A DNA stretch of 64,000 nucleotides from Thermoanaerobaculia bacterium (GCA_963715895.1 OY970284.1:5167600-5231599); one strand, 5' to 3'. Counted from the stretch's first letter, positions 44,374 through 54,355 are shown. A program made the numbers and translations. Notes: generated by a model not told the origin, from the letters alone.

Positions 44374-45196
44374 CCTTCTCCTGATGATCGGGACATCGCG
44401 GAGACTCTCACCGGCAGCAGAGTTGGAACGCCGCGCCGGGCGTGCCGCGTTGCTGGCCGGCCAGACATCCATCGCGAACGAACCGCTCCTCTTCGCGTCG
44501 TCACTCTGCCGCGCGCAGAGCGCGTCTGCCGCCGTGATCGATGAGGCGCATGCGGCACGGCCGCTGACCGGTCGCCTCGACGACGACGTCGCGCGCCTCC
44601 TGCCATTGTGCGAAACGATCATCCGGGCCGGGGCGGAGCACGGCCCCGAGCCGCTCGCCGCCGACGCGCATAGACGGCGATCGGAGGGAAGCGAGACGGC
44701 GGCAATACGTCTGCTGACCTACTGGAATGACGATACCAGCGCGCGGGAGGACTACCTCTCGCGCGCGGTTCTGCGACCTTACGCGGAGGTTCTTCGCGCG
44801 AATCAGGTGACGCCCGGCCGGCTTCACCGTCCCGGTCATTGTCCGTTCTGCGGCGGAGCACCTTGGATCGGCGTTCTGGTTCCCATGCAAGATTCCGAGG
44901 GAAGCTTGCGTCTTCTCGGTTGCGCGCTCTGCGGCAACGAATGGAACGTCAACCGCGTCCGCTGTCCCTCCTGTCAGGAGGAAAATCCGGCCAAACTGCC
45001 GGTCTACCAGAGCGATGCCCATCCGCTGGTGAGAATCGAATCGTGTGAGACCTGCCGTCGCTACGTGAAGTCGATCGATCTCACAAAGGACGCACGGCTC
45101 ATCCCCGAAATCGACGAGATGCTCTCCATTTCGATGGACCTCTGGGCAATGGACGAGGGTCTGACGCGCATCGAGCCGGGACTGGCGGGGATCTGA
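44354..45196 (+). CDS. fdhE: Formate dehydrogenase accessory protein FdhE
   Basis: Four CxxC pairs are present (CPFCGG, CALCGN, CPSCQ, CETCRRY) in FdhE spacing. Confidence 0.85.
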   Translation: MRRESADLLLMIGTSRRLSPAAELERRAGRAALLAGQTSIANEPLLFASSLCRAQSASAAVIDEAHAARPLTGRLDDDVARLLPLCETIIRAGAEHGPEPLAADAHRRRSEGSETAAIRLLTYWNDDTSAREDYLSRAVLRPYAEVLRANQVTPGRLHRPGHCPFCGGAPWIGVLVPMQDSEGSLRLLGCALCGNEWNVNRVRCPSCQEENPAKLPVYQSDAHPLVRIESCETCRRYVKSIDLTKDARLIPEIDEMLSISMDLWAMDEGLTRIEPGLAGI

Positions 45197-45198
45197 CT

Positions 45199-45633
45199 TT
45201 GAAAAATACCGATACGCTGCTGCGCGCGCAACGCGCGTTGCGCAGCCGCTTTGACGATTTCCGGCAGGCCTTTCAACGCGACGATCGCACGGCGCTGCAT
45301 GTCGCCCTGGTCGACTTTGAAGAGCAGTTCCGGCGATGGACGGAGACCGAAGAGAAGACCCTCATTCCAGCGCTGGCGCGGAACGGCATTCCCGGACGCG
45401 ATCCTCGGCGCGAGCTTCGTCTCGAATACGTGCAGATCCGGGAGCTGACGCGTTATCTCGTCCGCCAGCTCGACGAAGGAATCCGCGCCAACGATCTGAC
45501 CGGCTTCGTCGAGAACCTCGACCGCCGCCTGCGCGCGCACGAATCGGAAATGGAGCGGATCTATTACCCGGCCGCGCGAACCCTGCTGACCGCGGAGGAG
45601 TGGAGCATCCTGGAATCGGCGCAGCCGGAGTAG
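45199..45633 (+). CDS. Hypothetical protein, weakly hemerythrin-like
   Basis: The ORF is 144 aa with a TTG start 2 nt after fdhE. Spaced H/E motifs are present (HVALVDFEEQF...EEKTLIPAL...HESEMERIYYPA). The call is tentative. Confidence 0.35.
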   Translation: MKNTDTLLRAQRALRSRFDDFRQAFQRDDRTALHVALVDFEEQFRRWTETEEKTLIPALARNGIPGRDPRRELRLEYVQIRELTRYLVRQLDEGIRANDLTGFVENLDRRLRAHESEMERIYYPAARTLLTAEEWSILESAQPE

Positions 45634-45642
45634 CGGTCTTCG

Positions 45643-45772
45643 GGAGCGCTGGCGTCTCGCCGGCTGGCCCAGCGGCGTCTCGCCGCTGAGAGGGGTTACC
45701 AGCGAAGGTATGGTGACTCGCCAGCCCGGAGGCGAGACGCCTCCGGGCCAGCCGGCGAGACGCCAGCGCTCC
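45643..45772. repeat. Composite palindrome of the GGCGTCTCGCC family
   Basis: The outer 27-nt arms are GGAGCGCTGGCGTCTCGCCGGCTGGCC (45643-69) and its exact reverse complement (45746-72). The inner hairpins are CAGCGGC-GTCTC-GCCGCTG and CCGGAGGC-GAGAC-GCCTCCGG. Confidence 0.9.
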
Positions 45773-45796
45773 GTTCCGGCAGCGCTCCGCGCTGTC

Positions 45797-46105
45797 TTAT
45801 CCGAGCTGGTGAATCTCGAACGCTGGCTCGTCCGGGACTTCGCGCATGGCGTCGTAGGTGGCTTCCAGTTGCTCGCGCGGCCAGCCGAGGAACATGCCAT
45901 CTCCACGATAGACGGATCGGCCGTCGGGCAATTCGGCCAGCATGATCGATCCGCTTCCCTGATCGGCGCTGATCTCCATCCGCCAGCCGGCATGCGTGAC
46001 GCCACTCTCGCGCATCCGGATGGGAGCACGCTCGAGCGAACCAAGAGTGGCATTGGTCAGCAGGGAGCCGATTTTCCCCGGAGCGTCGTCGTCCATCGTC
46101 GACAT
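45797..46105 (-). CDS. Hypothetical protein
   Basis: The ORF is 102 aa and no family was recognised. Confidence 0.4.
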   Translation of the reverse strand: MSTMDDDAPGKIGSLLTNATLGSLERAPIRMRESGVTHAGWRMEISADQGSGSIMLAELPDGRSVYRGDGMFLGWPREQLEATYDAMREVPDEPAFEIHQLG

Positions 46106-46113
46106 TGTAGTTC

Positions 46114-46926
46114 TCAGGCAACCTGACCGGCGTAGATGTTGAACCTGCCGTCGCGGACGAAGCCGAGGAGGGTCAGGTTGAACTCGCGGGCCAGATCGAC
46201 GGCCAGCGAGGATGGCGCGCCGACGGAGGCCAGGAGCGGAATGCCGGCTACGATCGCTTTCTGCACTAGCTCGAAGCTGGCGCGGCTGCTGACCATGAGG
46301 ATCCTCCCGGAGAGCGGCGTCGCCCCTTCGCGAAAGAGGGAACCGATCACTTTGTCGACGGCGTTGTGACGGCCGATGTCTTCGCGGGCCCGGAGCAGGT
46401 TCCCGTCATAATCGAAGATCGCGGCGCCGTGAATCCCTCCCGTGGCGCGAAAAGCCGTTTGGTGCTCCTGCAGGACGGACGGAAGACGATGGATGATATC
46501 TCCGCCGATCGATCGTCCCGCGGGCAACATCGTGGCCGCGACGCGGAGCGCATCGATGGAGGTCTTGCCGCAGACGCCGCAACTGGACGTGGTGTAGAAG
46601 TGGCGGTCGAGCTTACTGACGTCGAGCTTCGCGCCTCGATGCAGCGACAGGCGGATGATGTTCGGCGACCCCCAGTGGCGGATGGAATCGATCTCTTCAT
46701 GGGAGCGGATCAGCCCTTCGGTGAAGAGAAAGCCGCTGGCCAGGTCGGCGTCGTCGCCCGGCGTGCGCATCGTCACGGCGATGTTCTTCTCCCGCGCTTC
46801 TCCGCCGGCCTCCCACGCCACGCGGATCTCCAGCGGCTCCTCGACGGCAAGGACGTCGGTATCCTCGGTCGACGCCTGCTGCGTCACCCGGGTCATGGTA
46901 ACGGAGGCGATTCGTTCTTCGGGCAT
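46114..46926 (-). CDS. fdhD: Formate dehydrogenase accessory sulfurtransferase FdhD
   Basis: SSCGVCGK and GRHNAVDK motifs are present. The ATG at 46926 gives 270 aa. The 751-aa track ORF is a read-through artefact. Confidence 0.9.
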   Translation of the reverse strand: MPEERIASVTMTRVTQQASTEDTDVLAVEEPLEIRVAWEAGGEAREKNIAVTMRTPGDDADLASGFLFTEGLIRSHEEIDSIRHWGSPNIIRLSLHRGAKLDVSKLDRHFYTTSSCGVCGKTSIDALRVAATMLPAGRSIGGDIIHRLPSVLQEHQTAFRATGGIHGAAIFDYDGNLLRAREDIGRHNAVDKVIGSLFREGATPLSGRILMVSSRASFELVQKAIVAGIPLLASVGAPSSLAVDLAREFNLTLLGFVRDGRFNIYAGQVA

Positions 46927-46964
46927 CGCTGCGATTGTGAATGAAGTGAGACCTGTATCGTTCT

Positions 46965-47813
46965 CTATTTGACCGCGCCCACAGTGAAGCCCTCGATGAA
47001 CCGGTCGAGAAAGAGGTTGTAGAGGAAGCCGATCGGCAGGCTGGTGATCAGGCACGCCGCCATCAGCGATCCCCAGTAATAGACGTCGCCGCGCACCAGA
47101 AACGTCGGCACACCGACACCGACGGTCTGATGGGCCGCCGAGGAGATGAAGGTCAGCGCGTAGACAAACTCCTGCGTCACCAGGGTAAAGGCGAAGATCA
47201 CCACCGTAAGGATCCCCGACGTCGACATCGGGATCATCAGCTTCACGAACGCGCCCCATTGCGTGAGGCCATCCACCAGTGCCGCATCCTCGAGATCGCG
47301 CGGGATCGATTTGAAGAACCCCATCAGCAGCCAGGTCGAGAACGGGATGGTAAAGGTGGGATAGACGACGATGATCGACCAGAGCGAGTCCTGCAGGCCG
47401 AGGAATGAGACCACCTTTGATAACGGGATGAAGAGCAGCGTCGGCGGCACCAGGTAGGTGAGAAAGACACCGATGCCGAGCTGCGTTCCCCACTGGCCGG
47501 TGAGGCGTGCCAGTGCATACGCGGCCGGCACCGCCAGCAGCAGCGTGATGATCACCACGATCACGCCGGCGAACATCGTGTTCAGGACCCATCGCGGAAA
47601 AAGCGTCTCGTGGAAGAGCAGCCGCAGGTGATCGAGCGTCGGCGGCTCGGTGAAGAGGAACGGATTGTTCTTGAGGTTGTTGAGGTCCGTGTTGCGTTTG
47701 AAGGTGGTGATCAGCATCCAGTAAAACGGGAAGGCCAGCACCACCGCGAAGAAGATCCGCACCAGCCACATCACGATCTTCGGAAGAATCCAGGTCAGCC
47801 GCCGGCGTGCCAT
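46965..47813 (-). CDS. Carbohydrate ABC transporter permease (MalG-like)
   Basis: It is a 6-TM protein with an EAA-like loop (IPRDLEDAALVDGLTQWGAFVKLMIP). Confidence 0.85.
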   Translation of the reverse strand: MARRRLTWILPKIVMWLVRIFFAVVLAFPFYWMLITTFKRNTDLNNLKNNPFLFTEPPTLDHLRLLFHETLFPRWVLNTMFAGVIVVIITLLLAVPAAYALARLTGQWGTQLGIGVFLTYLVPPTLLFIPLSKVVSFLGLQDSLWSIIVVYPTFTIPFSTWLLMGFFKSIPRDLEDAALVDGLTQWGAFVKLMIPMSTSGILTVVIFAFTLVTQEFVYALTFISSAAHQTVGVGVPTFLVRGDVYYWGSLMAACLITSLPIGFLYNLFLDRFIEGFTVGAVK

Positions 47814-48695
47814 CTACGTCACCTCCGCGCGGTGCGCCGAGCGCAGGACGACATAGGCGGCGATGACCAGCAGCGGCACCAGGAAGATCGAGATGGCCGC
47901 CCCCTCCGCCAGGTCGGAGCCGAGGATCCCGGCGAAGAACGCCTCCGTCGGAATCACCTGCGTCGTGTCGTACGGTCCTCCTCGGGTGAGGATATAGATC
48001 ACGGTCATGTCGGTGAAGGTGAAGATCGCCCCGAACAGCACCGCGACGTTGATGATCGGCAGCATCATCGGAATCGTGATCTGAAAGGTCGTACGGAAAA
48101 AGCCCGCACCATCCACCGCCGCGGCCTCGGGGATGTCTTTGGGGATGGCTGTCAGCCCCGCCAGAATGATCACCGTCGCGAACGGCAGCATGTGCCAGGT
48201 GTGCACGAGGATGACCGACATCATGGCCAGCTTCGGTTCGCCTAGCCACATCGGCGTGTCGTATTGATTCACGAGGTGGAACCGCACCAGCACCCAACTG
48301 ATCACGCTGTAGAGCGAGTCGAGGATCCACTTCCATCCGAGGGATCCGATCGACACCGGCGCCACCCACGGCAGCAGGATGAGAAAGCGAAAGAATCGGC
48401 GGCCCGGGAAGGCTTCTCGCAACGAAAGGGCCAGAATGTTCGCGCCGATGAGCACCAGCGCCTGGGAGCTGATGGTAAAGACGAACGAGTTCTGAAGCGC
48501 GCGCCGGAAGGCCGGGTTGTGCAGGATGCTGACGAAGTTCTGCAGGCCGACGAAGTGGTAGGAGACGCTGCCCACTTTGGCGTCGCTCACGCTGTAGAGA
48601 AAGGCCATGACGAAGGGCACGCCGACGAGCGCGACGATGTAAACGATGGCCGGCATGAACATCGCCGGCCCGAGCCAGCGCTGACGCCGGATCAT
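47814..48695 (-). CDS. Carbohydrate ABC transporter permease (MalF-like)
   Basis: It is a 6-TM protein with an EAA-like loop (IPKDIPEAAAVDGAGFFRTTFQITIP). Confidence 0.85.
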   Translation of the reverse strand: MIRRQRWLGPAMFMPAIVYIVALVGVPFVMAFLYSVSDAKVGSVSYHFVGLQNFVSILHNPAFRRALQNSFVFTISSQALVLIGANILALSLREAFPGRRFFRFLILLPWVAPVSIGSLGWKWILDSLYSVISWVLVRFHLVNQYDTPMWLGEPKLAMMSVILVHTWHMLPFATVIILAGLTAIPKDIPEAAAVDGAGFFRTTFQITIPMMLPIINVAVLFGAIFTFTDMTVIYILTRGGPYDTTQVIPTEAFFAGILGSDLAEGAAISIFLVPLLVIAAYVVLRSAHRAEVT

Positions 48696-49738
48696 GCGGG
48701 GATGCTCCTCGGCGCAGTCCTCTTCTCGCTGACGTGGTCGAAGAACTTCACGTCGCCGAGGGCAACGGCGAAGTTCTGCAGCGAACCGTCGGGCAGCGAT
48801 ACGGCGTGCGTGGAGGGAATGCGCGACACCGCCTTCCGCCCGTCGAATGCCCCTCCGGCGATCGTTCCGTACAGGACGCGCTCGGCGCCGAGATACTCGC
48901 CGTGTGAGATCTGGAATCCAAAGGAGATGTGCTCTCCCGACCGCACCGCCACACCCGGCGGCAGAAAGTGCTCGGGACGGAATCCGATGATGACGTCGGG
49001 CCCGGGCAGGATGTTCATCGGCGGCGAACCGAGGAACGTGGCCACGAAGGTATCGGCCGGCTCGTCGTAGACGTCGGCCGGCGTACCGATCTGCCGCACG
49101 GCGCCCTGCGACATCACCACGACGCGGTCGCCCATGGCCATGGCCTCGACCTGATCGTGGGTGACGTAGATGGCGGTCGTGCCGATGCGTTTCTGAAAGT
49201 GCTCGAGCTCCTCACGTGCCGAGGCGCGGAGCTTGGCATCGAGGTTCGAGAGCGGCTCATCGAGAAGAAACAGCGACGGCTCGCGCACGATGGCGCGGGC
49301 CAATGCCACGCGCTGGCGCTCTCCGCCGGAGAGCTCGCGCGGCTTTCGGTCGAAGAGATGCTGGATGCCGAGCAGCGATGCCGCCCACTCGGCCTGCTTC
49401 TGCCGCCGCTCCTTCGGCACGCCCTGCGCTTTCAGCGGAAAGACGATGTTTTTGAACACGGATAGATGCGGATAGAGCGCGTAGCTCTGGAAGACCATGG
49501 CGATTCCGCGCTCGCGCGGCGTGAGGTCATTGACCAGCTTGCCGCCGATGAGGATCTCGCCGGAGGTCGGCTCCTCGAGGCCGGCGATCATTCGGAGAAG
49601 CGTAGTCTTGCCCGAGCCGGAAGGGCCGAGGAGGACGAGGAACTCGCCCTCCCGGCTCTGAAGATCGACATTGACGACGGCGCCGACGTTTCCGCGCTTG
49701 AAGACTTTGTTGAGTTTGCGTGTCTCGACGACCGCCAT
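48692..49738 (-). CDS. Sugar ABC transporter ATP-binding protein (MalK/UgpC-like)
   Basis: GPSGSGKTT, LSGGERQRVALARA and FLLDEPLSNLD are present, with a C-terminal regulatory domain. Confidence 0.9.
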   Translation of the reverse strand: MAVVETRKLNKVFKRGNVGAVVNVDLQSREGEFLVLLGPSGSGKTTLLRMIAGLEEPTSGEILIGGKLVNDLTPRERGIAMVFQSYALYPHLSVFKNIVFPLKAQGVPKERRQKQAEWAASLLGIQHLFDRKPRELSGGERQRVALARAIVREPSLFLLDEPLSNLDAKLRASAREELEHFQKRIGTTAIYVTHDQVEAMAMGDRVVVMSQGAVRQIGTPADVYDEPADTFVATFLGSPPMNILPGPDVIIGFRPEHFLPPGVAVRSGEHISFGFQISHGEYLGAERVLYGTIAGGAFDGRKAVSRIPSTHAVSLPDGSLQNFAVALGDVKFFDHVSEKRTAPRSIPA

Positions 49739-49762
49739 TCCGTTGCGCTCCTCCCCGAAAGC

Positions 49763-51112
49763 TCACTTCCACTTGGCAAAGATACGGCGGACTTCCGTGT
49801 CGGCGGCCTTGACGGCATCCTCGGGGGACATCTCGTCGCGCGCCGCCTTGGCGAACATCGTCGGAATGACGAAGGTGTTGAAGATCTCGTCGATCGGTGC
49901 CGTGGCATAGCCGGGAAATCCGACGTTCGTCGACCAGGTCATCGCATCTCCGAGGACCGCGTACTTGTTCGTCGGCACGGCCTTCGGATCGTTGGCCAGT
50001 TGCTCCTTCAGGTTGGGAACCGTCTTCGGGAAGCAGGGGAAGTTGTAGAACTCGCTCCCCTTGAAGGCGTTGCCGAAGTCGTCGATGAGATCGGCCAGGA
50101 ACTGCTTGGCCCCCTCCTTGTTCTCGGCGAACTCCCAGACCACGTAGCAGCTCATGACGTGCTCGGAAGCGATGCGGCGCACCGGTCCTTTGAGCGCCGG
50201 ACGAAGCTGGATCTGCTTCGACATCTCGGGGTTATCCTTCTCCGCCGAACGCGTGACCGAGATGGCATTCTGCACGTACGACAACTTGCCGGCCAGAATC
50301 CCGCGGTTGTTCGACGACGGATCCCACGAGAAGACTTCGGCCGTCTCGGTCTGCTTGAAGAGATCGCGGAAGAACTTGACCGCTTCCACGGTCGCCTTCG
50401 AGTTCAGCGAGGGGTTGCCGTTCGCGTCCTGCTCCGATCCGCCGAACGACCAGAGACAGGCCCGGGTGGCCATGTTCGTGTCCAGCTCCTGCGAGAGGCC
50501 CAGGCCGCAGGGATTGCCGAGCTTCGGATCGTCTTTGATTCTCTTTGCGCCGACGAGGAGGTCGTGCCACGAGTCCGGCCCGTGCGGGAAGCCAACCTGC
50601 GACCAGAGGTCCTGCCGATAGTTGCCCGGATCGGGAACGAAGGAGTCGGAGAAGGCGAAGAACTTCTTGGTCTTGGGGTTGTAGCTGGACCTGACCGCAA
50701 GTTCGATCGGATTCCCGTGCTTGTTCTTGACATGCTCGACGATCTCGCGGTGATCGATGACCTGTTTCTCGTACGCGGCCGGCGGCGCCAGGAACATGAA
50801 GAGGTCGTGCCCCTTCTGCGCAGCCACCTCGGCGGCGGCGCGGGCGTTGATCTCTCCGATGGCGATGTGGTCGACGATGACGTTGGTGTTGTGCTTCGCT
50901 CCCCACTCCTTGGTGAAGACGTTGTCGAACCATTTGTCGTACCCGGGAACGAAGTGACTCCACTGCACGATCTTGAGGGTCTTCTGCTGGGCCAGCGCCC
51001 GCGCCGGGAAGAGGAACGCCGAGGTCATCCCCGCGGCAACGGCCGCTCCTCCTGTCAGCTTGACGAACTTCCTCCGACTGATCTTTCCACCTGATTGCTT
51101 TGACATGACCAC
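49763..51112 (-). CDS. ABC transporter extracellular solute-binding protein (Tat signal)
   Basis: SRRKFVKLTGGAAVAAGMTSAFLFPARALA is present. It is the first gene of the sugar ABC operon. Confidence 0.8.
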   Translation of the reverse strand: MVMSKQSGGKISRRKFVKLTGGAAVAAGMTSAFLFPARALAQQKTLKIVQWSHFVPGYDKWFDNVFTKEWGAKHNTNVIVDHIAIGEINARAAAEVAAQKGHDLFMFLAPPAAYEKQVIDHREIVEHVKNKHGNPIELAVRSSYNPKTKKFFAFSDSFVPDPGNYRQDLWSQVGFPHGPDSWHDLLVGAKRIKDDPKLGNPCGLGLSQELDTNMATRACLWSFGGSEQDANGNPSLNSKATVEAVKFFRDLFKQTETAEVFSWDPSSNNRGILAGKLSYVQNAISVTRSAEKDNPEMSKQIQLRPALKGPVRRIASEHVMSCYVVWEFAENKEGAKQFLADLIDDFGNAFKGSEFYNFPCFPKTVPNLKEQLANDPKAVPTNKYAVLGDAMTWSTNVGFPGYATAPIDEIFNTFVIPTMFAKAARDEMSPEDAVKAADTEVRRIFAKWK

Positions 51113-51692
51113 CCTCCTTTCTTCAGCGACCGGTCACCTGTGGAAGCGCCATACACCGCGTCATGAATCACTCATGAACGTTTGCTTGCGGGGATGCGGA
51201 ACGACCTGGTCCGCGCATGAAAAACGAAGTGGATCGCCTGCGCGGGACTGATGCACCGCGGATCGAAGCGACGGGTATCGAGGAAGGTCCTCGAGGAAAG
51301 AGTATCGATTGCCTCGCCCGGGGATCACTTCCATCGTCGTCCTCCGATGGGGGCCGGAAACAGCGAAAAGTATACTGCGCCCAGGTACCGAAACGGAGCT
51401 TACGTTCAGGTCATCCGGGGCTAACCCCTGGCTAACCGGGGAGGTTCATTTTTCAGTGGCTTTCTTCCACCTCTTCGTCTAGTGTGAGCAAAGGAAACCC
51501 GCTTACTCCTAATGTCGCGCGCCCCGGGGGGAGATCGATTGATTGACCCTGTCCAGAGAGGTTCGCTGTTGCCCGCAAGTGCTGCCCGGCACTTCTTCAC
51601 ACGTGTCTTCCGACCAGGTTGTGAGCTGCGCTCGTGCGCATCGCTTACTCGTTCCTCTGTCGACTAAAGGCCCCCGAGTGAAAGGAGATGAC

Positions 51693-52802
51693 ATGGAAAA
51701 ACCTACCCCCAGGACCCGCGGTTTCTTGTTTCCGTTATCGATCCTCGCAATCCTTCTCTTCGCCACCGCCGCTCATGCCCAGGCAATCATCAAGGTCAAC
51801 GACAACGTCAACATGAAGATCGGAGCGCTCGTTCAGGGATGGGCCGATGAGGCGCAGGACGCCACGACGAAGGGTTACGCCCAGAACCTGTTCCTGAGAC
51901 GGATGCGCTTCATCGTCGCCGGTCAGGTCTCGCCCACCGTCTCCTTCTTCTTCGAGACCGACAATCCGAACCTCGGAAAGGCCCCCAAAGCGCTCGCCAG
52001 CGGCTTCGTCACGCAGGATGCCTTCATCGAATGGAAGCCGATCAGCAGCGCCTTCATGATCGACGCCGGGATGATGCTTCCGCCTCTCTGCCGCAACTGC
52101 CTGGAGAGCGCTGCCACCCTGCTGTCGCTCGACTACGGCACCTATTCCTTCACCGAGAGTGCTCCGACGCAGTCGGCGGTCGGCCGCGACACGGGATTCC
52201 TGGCCAAGGGATACCTGGATGACAGTCACGTCGAATATCGCGCCGGACTGTTCCAGGGGGTACGCCAGAACGCCTCCCTCGGCCATACCGCGGCCGGGAA
52301 TCCGTTCCGTACCACCGGGCGTGTCATGTACAACGTGTGGGACACCGAGGTCGGATACGTGATCCCCGGCATGTACCTGGGAAACAAGAAGGTCCTCTCA
52401 TTCGGCGTCGGTGCGGATCACCAGAGCAGCTACAAGGCCTACTCCGCGGACGCCTTCCTGTCGCTGCCGTCGGTGAACAAGGACGCCTTCAACGGCGAGC
52501 TCACGCTGCTCCATTTCGATGGTGGAACGTTCCTCACGTCCATTCCCCGGCAGCGCGACATGACGCTGCAGGCGGGCTACTACCTGGCTGCCTCGAAGGT
52601 CATGCCCTTCGTCCGCTTCGAAGACCAGAAGTTCAGTCTCTCGTCGAACAACGGAAAGGACAACCAGCGCCTCCAGGGTGGTCTGACGTGGTATCCGAAC
52701 GGCAATAACTACAACATCAAAGGAGCCTACGGCCGCGTGAAACCGAAGGTGGGGAACACCACCAACGAGCTCACGGTGCAGATGCAGTTCTTCTACTTCT
52801 GA
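51693..52802 (+). CDS. Outer-membrane porin (phosphate-selective porin O/P-like)
   Basis: An RBS AAAGGAG lies upstream. The signal peptide is FLFPLSILAILLFATAAHA. The pattern is beta-strand-rich and the protein ends in a C-terminal aromatic residue (...QMQFFYF). Confidence 0.6.
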   Translation: MEKPTPRTRGFLFPLSILAILLFATAAHAQAIIKVNDNVNMKIGALVQGWADEAQDATTKGYAQNLFLRRMRFIVAGQVSPTVSFFFETDNPNLGKAPKALASGFVTQDAFIEWKPISSAFMIDAGMMLPPLCRNCLESAATLLSLDYGTYSFTESAPTQSAVGRDTGFLAKGYLDDSHVEYRAGLFQGVRQNASLGHTAAGNPFRTTGRVMYNVWDTEVGYVIPGMYLGNKKVLSFGVGADHQSSYKAYSADAFLSLPSVNKDAFNGELTLLHFDGGTFLTSIPRQRDMTLQAGYYLAASKVMPFVRFEDQKFSLSSNNGKDNQRLQGGLTWYPNGNNYNIKGAYGRVKPKVGNTTNELTVQMQFFYF

Positions 52803-52862
52803 CGAGGCGCAGTCATCAAGTCGAGCGCCCTTGGGGGCGGCTTGCGGAAAGAGAGACTGGAT

Positions 52863-54236
52863 ATGAGTAGTACCGCAGCGGGAAGTTTAGGCACTGCCTC
52901 CGGACGAACTACCTACCCCATCGGCAAGATCATCTTTGCCTCCGGGCTCGGGACGATGATCGAGTGGTACGACTTCTACATCTTCGGAAGTCTCGCCGTG
53001 ATCATGTCGGAGCTCATGTTTCCGAAAGGCGACCCGGCCTGGGCACTGATCAAGACCTGGGCTTTGTTCGCAACGGGCTTCGTCGTCCGCCCCTTTGGAG
53101 CGATCGTGTTCGGACGGGTCGGCGATCTGATCGGACGCAAGTACGCCTTCCTGGTGACGCTGACGATCATGGGTCTGTCCACCTTCGTCATCGGTCTCCT
53201 TCCGACGTACTCCAGCATCGGCTTGCTGGCGCCCTCGATCCTGCTGGTCCTCCGGCTCCTGCAGGGTCTGGCCCTCGGCGGCGAATACGGCGGAGCCGCT
53301 GTTTATGTCGCCGAGCACGTCCCGGACAATAAGCGCGGCTACTACACGAGCTTCATCCAGGTCACCGCCACGCTCGGCCTCTTCGTCTCTCTCGGCGTGA
53401 TCCTGGGTGTGAAGAAGATGATGTCAGACGCCGACTTCAAGGCGTGGGGATGGCGCGTGCCGTTCCTTCTGTCGATCATTCTCGTGGGAATGTCTCTCTA
53501 CATCCGCATGAAACTGAAGGAGTCGCCCCTTTTCAGCTCCCTCAAAGCGTCAGGCAAGTCTTCCATCGCGCCGCTTCGCGAGAGTTTCGGCAACTGGGCC
53601 AATCTCAAGATCGTGCTGCTCGTCCTCTTCGGTGCCACGGCCGGGCAGGGGATCGTCTGGTACACCGGACAGTTCTATGCACTGTCGTTCCTGCAGACGG
53701 TGCTGAAGGTTGACCTCGTCAAGGCCAGCATCGTCGTGGCCGTTGCCCTCCTGTTCGGCATGCCGTTCTTCGTCGTCTTCGGCGCCCTTTCGGACAAGAT
53801 CGGACGCCTCAAGATCATGATGGCCGGCAATCTGATCGCCGCCCTTACCTATCTTCCGATCTACCACGCCATGAAAAACAACATGGGCGACCCGAAGCAT
53901 CCGAACATGGTGATCCTGATGTTGCTGGTCTTCGTCCAGGTCATCTACGTAACGATGGTGTACGGGCCGATTGCGGCGTTTCTCATCGAGTCGTTCCCGG
54001 CGAAGATCCGCTATACCTCGTTCTCGCTCCCCTACCACATCGGCAACGGCTGGTTCGGCGGAACCCTACCGCTCATCGCCGGTCTGATGGTCGAGAAGAC
54101 GGGAAACATCTTCGCCGGTCTGTACTGGGTCATTGGCGTGGCCCTGATGACGTTCTTAGTGGGCTCCTTCGGACTCAACGAACGTAACCGCGTTCAAATC
54201 TGGGACGAGGCGAAGGAAGCCCGGCCGACGGACTGA
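52863..54236 (+). CDS. MFS transporter, metabolite:H+ symporter-like
   Basis: It is a 12-TM pattern with the motif FGRVGDLIGRKY. The ATG at 52863 is preferred over the TTG at 52842. Confidence 0.85.
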   Translation: MSSTAAGSLGTASGRTTYPIGKIIFASGLGTMIEWYDFYIFGSLAVIMSELMFPKGDPAWALIKTWALFATGFVVRPFGAIVFGRVGDLIGRKYAFLVTLTIMGLSTFVIGLLPTYSSIGLLAPSILLVLRLLQGLALGGEYGGAAVYVAEHVPDNKRGYYTSFIQVTATLGLFVSLGVILGVKKMMSDADFKAWGWRVPFLLSIILVGMSLYIRMKLKESPLFSSLKASGKSSIAPLRESFGNWANLKIVLLVLFGATAGQGIVWYTGQFYALSFLQTVLKVDLVKASIVVAVALLFGMPFFVVFGALSDKIGRLKIMMAGNLIAALTYLPIYHAMKNNMGDPKHPNMVILMLLVFVQVIYVTMVYGPIAAFLIESFPAKIRYTSFSLPYHIGNGWFGGTLPLIAGLMVEKTGNIFAGLYWVIGVALMTFLVGSFGLNERNRVQIWDEAKEARPTD

Positions 54237-54247
54237 GTCGATTTTCA

Positions 54248-54275
54248 CGACGGGGGCAGAGAGTTCTGCCCCCGT
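54248..54275 (+). terminator. 12-bp GC-rich hairpin after the MFS gene
   Basis: The hairpin is GACGGGGGCAGA-GAGT-TCTGCCCCCGTC. No clear U-tract follows. Confidence 0.55.
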
Positions 54276-54285
54276 CACTGTGTAC

Positions 54286-54355
54286 TCGGGGTTGCTGGGT
54301 TGCTGGATTGCTGGATTGCTCGGTAACCCTGTAACCCAGCAACTCAGCAACTCCG
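54286..54355. repeat. Repeat-arm hairpin element, 8-nt GGRTTGCT flavour
   Basis: The left arm is GGGTTGCT GGGTTGCT GGATTGCT GGATTGCT. The loop is CGGTAACCCTGTA. The right arm is ACCCAGCAACTCAGCAACTCC. Confidence 0.85.

Noticed and set aside
46114-48369. 751-aa ORF in the track
   Set aside because: Only the C-terminal 270 aa (FdhD) are real. The upstream part is an out-of-frame read-through across the two ABC permease genes, which are encoded in another frame of the same strand.
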